Assembly: GCA_036676985.1 (NCBI GenBank)
Contig: JAKFBU010000030.1
Span: 32,001-96,000, forward strand
DNA: 64,000 nucleotides
Direction of reading: 5' to 3'
Source: Candidatus Sericytochromatia bacterium
GTDB taxonomy: Bacteria > Cyanobacteriota > Sericytochromatia > S15B-MN24 > UBA4093
Part shown: positions 10,001 through 18,700 of the stretch, in pieces
Position numbering within the stretch: the first letter of the stretch is position 1
Layout: every line of letters begins with the position of its first letter
Notes under the pieces: model-generated
The model's input: only the letters and a program-made list of their open reading frames with translations
Told to the model about the DNA's origin: nothing
Database searches by the model: none
Made by a program: the position numbers and the translations under genes

Positions 10001-13000
10001 AAGGAGTCGGCAGTAGCTTCCGTATCCGCGAACAGCAGGCAGGCGGAAGGGGTCACCGTTTGGTCGAGCGACAGGGGCTCCGCCTGCCAGCGAACCTGAT
10101 AGAGGCTGTCTTCGACGCGGGCGCTCCGGGCACCCTCCATGGCGCGCCACTTCAGGCCCTCGAACTCGGCGATGACGCCGTGCTCGTCGTAGAGCCGGAC
10201 GTCACCTTCGAGCGTCCCATCGTCCTGGTGGGTGCAGCGCGCATGGCACCACATCTCGCTCGAAGGGCGCGCCATCAGGCGAACGGTATGGATGCCCACC
10301 GGCAGGAAGGAGCCCGCCATGAGGGCCTCCGGGGAGACCGCCGCCATCATGGCCTGACCGCAGGCGTCCATGAGGGCCGGGTGGCCGTGATAGGCCGCGA
10401 GGTCGGGCGCCAGGGCGTCCGGAGGGACGACCTGCGCCAGCGCCTCGGAGTCTCCGCGCCAGAGGCGCTGGATCCCCTGGAACGTGGGACCGTACGCGTA
10501 GGCCGACCCGTCGCCGCGGAGCCGGCGGTAAAACTCGGCACCGGCCTGCGCCGGTCCCTCGGTCTCGAACCGCGCGCGGAGGGTCTCCGGCCGGGGCGGC
10601 TCCGAGGGGCTCGCGGTTCGGGGCGAGGCCAGCATGGTCGCATGACTCGTCCAGGCGGTGTCCGGGGGGCTGTCCGCGGGGCGGCTGTGGAGGCGGATCC
10701 GGACGGCTCCCTCCGGCGCGGGGCTCAGGGAAATCTGGACCGTATAGGTCTCGGCTTCCGAGACGACCAGGGCCTGCTGCAGCTCCAGGTCGGCCAGCGT
10801 GAGCTCGGAGGTGCCGAAGTAGCGGCTCGCCGCCGCATGCGCCATTTCCAGGTAGGCCGTGCCGGGGAAGATCGTCGCGCCAAACACCCGGTGGTCCTGG
10901 ACGAACGAGAGACGCCCGTCCACCTGGGCCTGCCAGACTCGCTCCTCCGGGTGCCCGGCAAGGCTCAAGGGCTCGCCCAGCAAGGGATGGCCTCCCTTGG
11001 TCCCACGGGCGGAAAGGCGGCGCGGGGTAGAGGGATCGAACCAGTAGCGCTCGCGCTGCCAGCGATACGTCGGCAACGGGATGAAGCGCCCGACAGGCGA
11101 GACCCGCTCCCAGTCGATCGCCTGTCCGACGGTAAAGAGCGCGGCCAGCGAGCCCAGCATGACGGCAAGCTCTGCCTCGCCCCGCTTGAGGGAGGGCAGC
11201 ACGAGCGCTGAGGGGGCCGCGAGGGCGTCGCGGACCGAGCCCGTCAGGATGGGATGTGGGCTGATCTCCACGAAGAGATCGTGCTTGGTGTTGCCGAGCG
11301 TCTGGATGGCCGGCGAGAACAGGACGGGCTCCCGCATGTTGCGCGCCCAGTAGGCGGCATCGAGCGTCGGGCCATCGACCATCTGGCCCGTCACCGTCGA
11401 GAGCATCGGCACCGTCGGTCGCTCCGGGGTGATGCCGGCCAGCATGCCTTGGAGCTCGTCCAGGAGCGGATCCATGTGGGGGCTGTGAGAGGCCACGTCC
11501 ACGTTGACCAGCCGGCAGAAGACCTCCTGCTGCTCGAGCGTGGCGAGCAGCTCGAGGACCGCCGCGCGATCGCCGGACAGGACCGTGGAGCTGGGCCCGT
11601 TGCAGGCCGCGAGGGCCAGGCGCCCCTCGTAGCCGGCGATCGCCCGCTTGGCGTCGTCCCAGCTCAGGTCGACCAGCGCCATGGCCCCCTGTCCGGCGGC
11701 CCGCTTCATCAGGTGGCTGCGCAGGCAGATGATCCGGGCGGCGTCCTCCAGGCGGAGGGCTCCGGCGACGTGGGCCGCCGCGACCTCCCCCATGCTGTGG
11801 CCGACCACCGCCTGGGGCTCGACGCCCCAGGAGCGCCACACCGCCGCCAGGGCCACCTGCACCGCGAAGATCAAGGGCTGGATGGTGTCGATGCCCTCCC
11901 AGGCCGCCTGGTCTTCGGGAGCGAAGAGCTGCTCGAGCAAGGGCACCGAGAGGTGCGGGGCCATCGCGGCCGCACAGCGCTCCAGGGCGGACCGGAAGAC
12001 CTCCGATTCGGCGAAGAGCTGCCGTCCCATGCCCAGCCATTGCGAGCCCTGGCCCGGGAACACGAAGACGACCTTGCGGCGTCGCCCGCTCCGCTTGCCG
12101 AGCGCGACGCCCGGCAACACGTCTCCGCTCGCAAGGGAAGAGAGCTTGTCCTTCAGGTCGGGAAGCGAGGTGAAGGCGATCGCCAAGCGTTGATCCAGGT
12201 GCTCGCGCCTCAGGGCAGCCGTGTGGCACAGATCTCCCAGGCCTCCGGCCGGGAGGGTGTCGACCAGGGCCGCGTAATCCCCTGCCAGGGCCGCGAGCGA
12301 GTCGGGCGTCTGGGCCGAGAGCGCGAGCAGCCGAGCTGTCGGCTCGGCGGGGTCGTCCGTCGCCGGCACCGGCTCCGGCGCCGAGGCCAGGACCACATGG
12401 CAATTGGTCCCCCCGAAGCCGAAGGCGCTGACGCCCGCGATGCAGGGGTGGGGCCAGTCCTCGAGCCGAGTCTGGACCTTCAGCGGCAGCCGGTCGAACG
12501 GGATGTAGGGGTTCGGGTTCTCGAAGTGCATGTTCGCCGGGAGCTGGCGCCGGTGCATGGCCAGGGCGGTCTTGATGACCCCGGCCACCCCCGCGGCCGC
12601 CTCGGCGTGACCGATGACCGACTTGACCGAGCCCAGGCGGCAGGGCCGATCCGCCGATCGGCCCTCGGCGAGCACGGTCCCCAGGGCCTGCGCCTCGATC
12701 GGATCTCCGAGCAGCGTCCCGGTCCCATGGGCCTCGACGTACTGGACGTCACCCGGCGAGATCCCCGCCTGGCGGTAGGCATCGCGCAGGAGGGCCTCCT
12801 GGGAGTAGCGGTTGGGAGCGGTCAGGCCGTTGCTCTGGCCATCCTGGTTGACGGCCGAGGCCTGGATGACCGCGTAGATCCGGTCTCCGTCGGCCACCGC
12901 CCGGGAGAGCGGCTTGAGGACGACCATACCCACCCCTTCGGCCCGGACGTAGCCGTTGGCGCGGGCGTCGAAGGACTTGCAGCGACCGTCCGGCGACAGG

Positions 13001-13632
13001 GCGGTCAGACGGCTGAACCCGAGGCTGAGCTCGGGGCTGAGCAGGAGGTTCACGCCGCCGGCAAGCGCAAGCGACGACTCTCCGGCCCGGAGGCTCTGGC
13101 ACGCCAGGTGGAGGGCCACCAGGGACGAGGAGCAGGCGGTATCCACCACCATGCTCGGCCCCCGGAAATCGTAGAAGTACGACAGGCGGTTGGCGGCGAT
13201 GCTCGGCGCGGCCCCCGTGTTGGTGTGCGCGTCGATGCGCTCGGGATCCGCCAGCAGCCACCGCGCGTAGTCGTTGGTGGCCACGCCGAGGAAGACGCCG
13301 ACCGATGTGCCCGCCAGACGGCTTGGAGGCTGCCCGGCATCCTCCAGGGCCTCCCAGGAGGCCTCCATCAGGAGGCGCTGCTGGGGATCCATGAGCGTGG
13401 CCTCGCGCGGCGCGATCCGGAAGAAGGACGCATCGAAGCGATCGACTCCCTCGAGGAAGCCCCCCCAGCCTGCCCCCTGAGCCTTGGGGTCGTCCGACTC
13501 GGCCGCCTCCCACCGGGACGGGGGAACCGGGGTGATGGCATCCGTCCCCGTGCGCAGCAGGTCCCAGAAGGCGTCCGGGCCATCGGCCCCCGGGAAACGG
13601 CAACCGATACCGACAATCGCGATGGCTTCCAA
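7063..13632 (-). CDS. Type I polyketide synthase KS-AT-DH-KR-ACP-thioester reductase (R)
   Basis: KS DTACSSS/EAHGTGT/GHAEAAAG; AT GHSMGE, VASH; DH HRVFGATIFP, DACGQ; KR GGLGALG, LDD, YAAAN; ACP LGLDSL; R TGATGLLG, YLQSK; TTG start. Confidence 0.95.
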   Translation of the reverse strand: MEAIAIVGIGCRFPGADGPDAFWDLLRTGTDAITPVPPSRWEAAESDDPKAQGAGWGGFLEGVDRFDASFFRIAPREATLMDPQQRLLMEASWEALEDAGQPPSRLAGTSVGVFLGVATNDYARWLLADPERIDAHTNTGAAPSIAANRLSYFYDFRGPSMVVDTACSSSLVALHLACQSLRAGESSLALAGGVNLLLSPELSLGFSRLTALSPDGRCKSFDARANGYVRAEGVGMVVLKPLSRAVADGDRIYAVIQASAVNQDGQSNGLTAPNRYSQEALLRDAYRQAGISPGDVQYVEAHGTGTLLGDPIEAQALGTVLAEGRSADRPCRLGSVKSVIGHAEAAAGVAGVIKTALAMHRRQLPANMHFENPNPYIPFDRLPLKVQTRLEDWPHPCIAGVSAFGFGGTNCHVVLASAPEPVPATDDPAEPTARLLALSAQTPDSLAALAGDYAALVDTLPAGGLGDLCHTAALRREHLDQRLAIAFTSLPDLKDKLSSLASGDVLPGVALGKRSGRRRKVVFVFPGQGSQWLGMGRQLFAESEVFRSALERCAAAMAPHLSVPLLEQLFAPEDQAAWEGIDTIQPLIFAVQVALAAVWRSWGVEPQAVVGHSMGEVAAAHVAGALRLEDAARIICLRSHLMKRAAGQGAMALVDLSWDDAKRAIAGYEGRLALAACNGPSSTVLSGDRAAVLELLATLEQQEVFCRLVNVDVASHSPHMDPLLDELQGMLAGITPERPTVPMLSTVTGQMVDGPTLDAAYWARNMREPVLFSPAIQTLGNTKHDLFVEISPHPILTGSVRDALAAPSALVLPSLKRGEAELAVMLGSLAALFTVGQAIDWERVSPVGRFIPLPTYRWQRERYWFDPSTPRRLSARGTKGGHPLLGEPLSLAGHPEERVWQAQVDGRLSFVQDHRVFGATIFPGTAYLEMAHAAASRYFGTSELTLADLELQQALVVSEAETYTVQISLSPAPEGAVRIRLHSRPADSPPDTAWTSHATMLASPRTASPSEPPRPETLRARFETEGPAQAGAEFYRRLRGDGSAYAYGPTFQGIQRLWRGDSEALAQVVPPDALAPDLAAYHGHPALMDACGQAMMAAVSPEALMAGSFLPVGIHTVRLMARPSSEMWCHARCTHQDDGTLEGDVRLYDEHGVIAEFEGLKWRAMEGARSARVEDSLYQVRWQAEPLSLDQTVTPSACLLFADTEATADSLATLLEAKGITCYLALPGPGYERSSKRRFRLRPDAREDMVRLLEAIGATEGPACTTIVHLGGRSPVAGQLLTPAALAAAQTSGCHSVLALIQAIGETAWPQAPRLYLVTAGVQPVADVSASALMEAPMWGLGKTIAQEHPELRCTCLDLEPDPGARDLAGLAAEILADDAETLVAIRSGVRYLERLQPLSESEARPDEVLAFRPDATYLITGGLGALGLLVSRWLADHGARHLLLLGRSAPRGEADQVLSELRQAGVSVTVALADVTDSDQLRTALAATGDGAPLRGVVHAAGLLDDGMLLALDAERFQRVMAPKIGGAWNLHALTRELPLDFFVLFSSASSLLGSSGQGAYAAANAYLDALAHHRRSEGLPALSINWGPWAQVGLAAAEENRGERLAQLGLAGIRPDMGLEALSRLLGSTPAQAAVLPMDWARFGHRAGAKPLYAHLIPEQATEEALELRIPAAGSLRQELLALPTEARQDRLVAYLAQELSRSLRIPVARIDPEVALPRLGLDSLTATELKNRIRDGLECVIPVVKFLEGLSIRDLAEHVLETFEQGTESTAATIDLTQEAVLDPTIVPPADPLPVRAEPETLLLTGATGLLGAYLLHDLLEATPAKVYCLVRAAEPGDAMRRVRENLEAHGLWQEAHATRIEAVHGDLTLPRLGLSGERFAQLAQEVDVIYHCGAEPNHLYPYAALKGPNVIGTQEILRLAFHTRIKPVHMVSTLALFATEEFAGRRVVETDWPERWQSVISGYLQSKWVAEKLVVAAQERGLPVSVYRPGFIGGSQRTGVSNLSDMVCRMVQAWIRMQAAPDAETPLDILPVEVVSQAIVELSLQAPQTDQVFHLIHPRPATWRSLAEHLRAKGYPIRLMPLEEWKHHLARISGDQPDDALRVLQPFFAERAPGEPPSLWELFFLDQSPAFDCGYTWERLAPGMIPCPPLDGRLFDTYLDYMIQVGFVPSVSEQPEVTPSGPRSA

Positions 13633-13659
13633 CTCTAGCGCTCCAACCTCGATGCCCTG

Positions 13660-13905
13660 TTAGGCCGCCACCAGGGATGCCGCGAGGGCCTCGATGGTCG
13701 GGAAGTCCCACAGCAGGGTCGGCTCCAGTTCGCGGCCGAGCATGTCCTCGAGGTCCGCGGCCAGCGTGATGGCCATGACGGAATCCAGGCCGTAGTAGGA
13801 GAAGGGACGGCGCACGTCGATCTCCTGGTCGAGGTTCAGATCCTGGGTCAGTCTTTCTACGAGCCAGTCCTCGAGGGCTTGCCGGGTGACGGGGGCGGTG
13901 GACAT
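13660..13905 (-). CDS. Stand-alone acyl carrier protein
   Basis: YGLDSV phosphopantetheine motif, LLWDFPTIEALA. Confidence 0.93.
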   Translation of the reverse strand: MSTAPVTRQALEDWLVERLTQDLNLDQEIDVRRPFSYYGLDSVMAITLAADLEDMLGRELEPTLLWDFPTIEALAASLVAA

Positions 13906-13943
13906 GGACGATTACCTTTCTGGGGTCTAGGAGTGCGGCTCCG

Positions 13944-15740
13944 TCAGCGGGGCCCCAGCCGCTTCAGGCTGCCGTCGAGATACAGCGCGCGGCAGGCGCT
14001 GCGCTGGATCTTGCCGCTGGAGGTCTTGGGGATCGAGGTCGCCTGGATCAGGACCACCTCATGGGGCATCAGCTCGTGGTGCTCGGCGACGGCCTGCCGG
14101 ATGACGCCGTGCACCTCATCGGCCTCGAGGCGGGACTCGGCCAGCTCAAAGCTGTCCAACCGGTCCTCCATGGCCCGCAGGTTTCCCTCGGTCTGAAGCG
14201 AGCGCTCGGACTGGTAACGCCGCTCGACCTCGGCGACCACCACCAGCCGCTCCTCACCCGCCACCTCGACGGAGAAGGCCGCCGTGCAGCCCTGACGGAT
14301 GGAGGGGTGCGCCTCTTCAGCGGTCCGTTCGATGTCCTGGGGATAGTGGTTGCGTCCCCGGATGATGATGAGGTCTTTGAGGCGCCCCGTGATGAAGAGC
14401 TGGCCTTCCTGCAGGAAGCCGAGATCGCCGGTCCGCAGGTAGGGCCCGGCACCGGTGTCGGCCACATGGGCCCCGAAGGTCTGGGCGGAGGCGTCCGGCC
14501 GGTTCCAGTAGCCGCGCGCCACGCTCGGCCCCGACAGCCAGATCTCGCCCACCCGATCGGGCGGGCACTCGCATCCCGTCTCGGGATCGACGATGAGGAC
14601 GTGCTGGTCATGCCAGGTCGTGCCGTTACCGACCAGCCGCTTGGTGTCCTCCGACGTCAGGGGAGGCGCGACCAGACCTTGCGACAGCAGCGACTCCGAG
14701 ACCTCGATCATGGTCGGCATCGGGCCGATTTTCTGGGACGTCACGAAGACCGTGCCCTCGGCCAGCCCGTAGCCCGCGCGCAAGGCCTCCTTTCGGAAGC
14801 CGCTCGGGGCCATGGCGGCCGCGAAGCGCTCTAGGGTGTCGGCCCGCACCGGCTCGGCAGCGTTGCCGGCGAGCCGCCAGGCGCTCAGGTCCAGCTGCTC
14901 GACTAGCTCCGGCTTGAGGCGCCGGAGGCACAGCTCGTAAGCGAAGTTCGGCGCCACCGAGTGGGTCGCCCGGTAGCGCGACAGGGCCTGGAGCCACCGC
15001 ATGGGCCGCTGGATGAAGGCGACGGGGGCCATCAGCACGCAATGGCTGCCGACGTACATGGCGTGCAGCATGCCCAAGATCAACCCCATGTCGTGGAAGA
15101 GCGGCAGCCAGCTGACCCACACCGACTCGGGGGTGGTCTCGAAGGCCGCATGCATCATCTGCTCGTTGTGCAGGAGGTTGCCGTGGCTGACCATCACGCC
15201 CTTGGGGAGGCCCGTGGATCCCGAGGTGTACTGCAGGAAGGCCAGGTCGTCTCCGTCGAGGGCCGGACCGTGCCACTCCAGTCCCTCGGCGGGCGGCAGA
15301 TCGTCGGTGGCGAGGATCGCAAGGTCCGTCAGCTCGGGGAATCCCTGGATCAGCGGCCGGTGCTTGTCGAGCGTCAACGCGACGGTCGCCTGGGCGTCCT
15401 GGGCGATCGCGGCCAGGCGCGCGCCGTCGCGGTTCTGCTTGGGGGGGTAGACCGGCACGGCCACCACCCCGGCATAGCAGCAGCCCATGAACGCCGCGAC
15501 GAAGTCCAGGCCCGCCGGGTAGAGGAGCATGGCCCGATCGCCCACCGCAAGGCGCTCTTGCAGGGTCAGGGCGATCGCGCGCGCCCGGGCGTCCAGCTGC
15601 CCGAAGGTGAGCGTCTCGGTCGTGGCGTCGCCGTCGATCAAGAACGTGTAAGCAAGCCGATCGGGCTCATGAACGGCGCGCCAGCGCAGAACGTCGACCA
15701 GCGTGCGCACCGCGGTGGGCACCGGTGCCTGAAGTTGCAA
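13944..15740 (-). CDS. Fatty acyl-AMP ligase (FAAL)
   Basis: FLQYTSGSTGLPKGV, WLPLFHDMGL, YGLAE followed by a FAAL-type insertion, RTGDLG, GRNHYPQDIE, KTSSGKIQR. Confidence 0.93.
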   Translation of the reverse strand: MQLQAPVPTAVRTLVDVLRWRAVHEPDRLAYTFLIDGDATTETLTFGQLDARARAIALTLQERLAVGDRAMLLYPAGLDFVAAFMGCCYAGVVAVPVYPPKQNRDGARLAAIAQDAQATVALTLDKHRPLIQGFPELTDLAILATDDLPPAEGLEWHGPALDGDDLAFLQYTSGSTGLPKGVMVSHGNLLHNEQMMHAAFETTPESVWVSWLPLFHDMGLILGMLHAMYVGSHCVLMAPVAFIQRPMRWLQALSRYRATHSVAPNFAYELCLRRLKPELVEQLDLSAWRLAGNAAEPVRADTLERFAAAMAPSGFRKEALRAGYGLAEGTVFVTSQKIGPMPTMIEVSESLLSQGLVAPPLTSEDTKRLVGNGTTWHDQHVLIVDPETGCECPPDRVGEIWLSGPSVARGYWNRPDASAQTFGAHVADTGAGPYLRTGDLGFLQEGQLFITGRLKDLIIIRGRNHYPQDIERTAEEAHPSIRQGCTAAFSVEVAGEERLVVVAEVERRYQSERSLQTEGNLRAMEDRLDSFELAESRLEADEVHGVIRQAVAEHHELMPHEVVLIQATSIPKTSSGKIQRSACRALYLDGSLKRLGPR

Positions 15741-15767
15741 TCCTACCTCCCGGGGGCTCCAGCCCCC

Positions 15768-18700
15768 CTACTTGATGCTCAGCGCGGCCATCGCTCCACC
15801 CAGGAGCTGGGCGCAGGTTTCGATATGAGGGACGTCGGTCTCGCTCAAGGGGGTCTCCGTCCCCCGGCGGACGCAGTACAGCGCTCCCTTGAGGGAACCT
15901 TCCCCCTCGATCGGGCATGCGGCGACCCAGGGCGGCATGCCCGCGCTGATCTCGCCACTGCCCAGCACGCACTTACCCGAGCCGTAGGCCTCGGTCAGGA
16001 CGGCATGGTCGAGGGAAATCGGCTGCGTCTCCTGCGGAGCGCGCGAGACGCTCAGCGAGATCTCGTCTCCGATCAGGATCGCGAGATCGTCGAGCCCCAG
16101 CTGGGCGGCCCATTCCGTCATCACCGACTTGATGAGGTCCGACGAGGAGCCGCAGGAATGGGCCTGGAACGTCCGCCGGAGCTCCTCGTCCAGGGTCACG
16201 CCCCGGACGGTCTGGCGGGAAGCGGTCTGGGACCACAGGGCCGAGACCGCCCCGATCAGGTCGTCGAATCGCTCGACGTCCTCCGGCTCGAAGGTGCCCT
16301 CCTGCTTGACGAGGCACAGGGCCCCGACGACCTGCCGATCGACCGCGACGGGCCCGATCAGCACCGACAGGAACGTGACGTCGAGCTGCGTTCCCTGGCT
16401 CTCGGAGGCCTCCTCCGGCAGCTCGACGAAGGTGGTGGCCTTGACCTCCGCGAGGGCCCGCGAGACCCAGTCGGCGGGTATCCGCAAAGGAGCGCAGGGG
16501 CCCGAGGCGTTGCGGCTGGCCACGGGCGTGGCCTCCGGGGCGACCTCCAGGAGCGTGGCTTCGGACGCCTGGAAGTCGGTCATGCCGATTTCCAGGGACG
16601 CTTGACGCCAATCGGCAGCCCCCTGGAGCCGCTGGCGCCAGCGAGGCGAGGCCGAGGACTCGGTAGCCCCCTTCTCGATGGTGCGTTCAAGGCCGTGCTG
16701 AAGCTGCTCCAGCTGAAGGGAGACCGGTTTCAACAGGTGGCGGTTCCGGAGCCCGTGGAAGATCGTTCCGGCGGCACGGAAGGAGGCCCTGGCCTCCTCC
16801 GGACGCTGGGTGGCCAGGTAGAGCTCTCCGAGATCCCGCTGGAGGAGTCCTTGCTCGATCAGGTTGTCCTGCTCGGGGCGGGTCACGATCGCCAGGGCCT
16901 GCTCGAACTCCTGGGCGGCCTGCGGATAGTCCCCTTCCTTCAGGGCCAGCTCCCCGAGGCGCCGGGAGGCGATCGCCGCGTGCAGGGGATTGCGGGCATC
17001 GCCTGCCTCGCTGAGCTCCCGGGCTTCGAGGAGGTGCTCGCGCGCCGCGGCGGAGTTCCCGCGGACCGTTTCGAGGGCTCCTATGCCGATCAGGGCCTGG
17101 ATCAGCACCAGCATCAGGTGCTGGTTCCGGGCGCGATCGCGCATGGCCGTGAGCGCGCGGTCCGCCTCCTCGAGCTGGCCGCGGTCGAGGGCGATGTAGC
17201 CGCCGAGGACCCGCAGGCTGAACTCGGCGAACGCATCTTGCTGGACATGGGGATACTGCAAGGCCTGCTGCACGATGCGGCCGGCCTCCTCCAGCTCGCC
17301 GCTCTGCCACAGCACGTAGGCCCGCAGGTAGAAGGCCCACTGATAGGTCGGAGCGTTGATGCGGCGGCAGGTCTGGCCCATGAGGTCGAGCAGTTGCTCG
17401 GTCTCCGCCCGACGCCCCGTGAAGGCGGTCCAGACGCCCTGGCGGGACCAGAAGAAGTTCTTGAAGGGATGCGCCTGGTAGCGTTCGGCGGCGGCGATCC
17501 CGGCCTCCAGCCGCTCGGGATCCGGGCGGATCCCCTGGTAGGCGACGGTCAGCTGGGAGCCGTTGATCGCGAACCACGCGGCCACGAAGGCCGGATTCAG
17601 CTTGAGGTGCGACTCGTCGAGCAGCCGGGCGGCCTGGGGCCCAAGGCGCAAAACCTCGTCGTAGTGCCCCGCCGGCCCCAGGCACGTGGCCTCCGCCATG
17701 AGCATGCTGCCATCCATCGGCGAGCCGGCAAACATCTTCAAGCGCTTGGCTCGCGCCGCCTTCGCCATGCCCGTCATCGGGTGCCCGAAGGGGCCGTAGG
17801 CGGCACACAACAGGCCGTACGTCGTCACGATCGAGCGGAGCCAGTCCAGGGGCTTGGCGGGCGCGCAGCCACGAACCCCCTTGAGCCGCTTACGCAGGTG
17901 GGGTGTGATCCCGAAGGCCTGGGCCTTCCAGCGGGCCCGATCGAACGTGGGGCGGCGCCGGACCCGAGCCACCAGCCAGAGAATGGCGTGGGTCCGCTCG
18001 ACATCCCCCAGGCTCTCCTGGAAGGCGATCAACTTCTCGAGGGCGTAGACCCCGATGGTGGGGAACCCGTAGGCGCCGGCAAGACCCATGGCCCCCCAGA
18101 GGGCCGCCAGGCGCGGCGCCTTTCCGGGATAATCGAGGGTCAACAGGGTCTCTTCCGCCTGCTTCCAGTAGCGGATCGCCACCGCGAGCATCGCCCCGGC
18201 CCGAGCCTGATCGCCGGCCATGTGCAGGTACTCGTAGGCCTTGACCTTGTCGAGGCCGCGGCTGAAGTGGTGGGCCAGCTCGTTGGCAAAGGCGGTCCGC
18301 TGCTCCCCGTAGCCCTCCTCCAGGTACTCGGCGCACCGCTGGTGGAAGTGCCGGCGATCGTCCTCCGAGAGGTCGGCGTAGAGCGCCTCGCGCACCCGGT
18401 CATGGGCGAAGGAGACATGCGCCCCTTCGCTGACCAGGAACTGCCGCTCGGTCAGCTGGCTCAGGCCCTCGAAGAAGTCCTCTTCGCCCAGCCCGCTGAT
18501 GGCCAGGAGCATGCTGCGTTCCTGGTTGCGCCCGATGACCGAGGCCACCTGCGCCAGGCGTCGCGCCACCTCGGACAGCTGGGAGAGGCGCCGGACGACG
18601 GTGGCCTCCACGCTGGTCGGCAGCTGCAGGCCCGCCGCATCCGACGGAAAGTGCCAGACCCCTTCCTTGAGGACGAGCAAGCCCTCTTCCACCATGTAGC

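Noticed and set aside
17850-18000. Arg/Lys-rich stretch inside the kinase suggesting a compensated frameshift
   Set aside because: Codons remain mostly G/C-ending in the annotated frame, so it is more likely a genuine basic insertion
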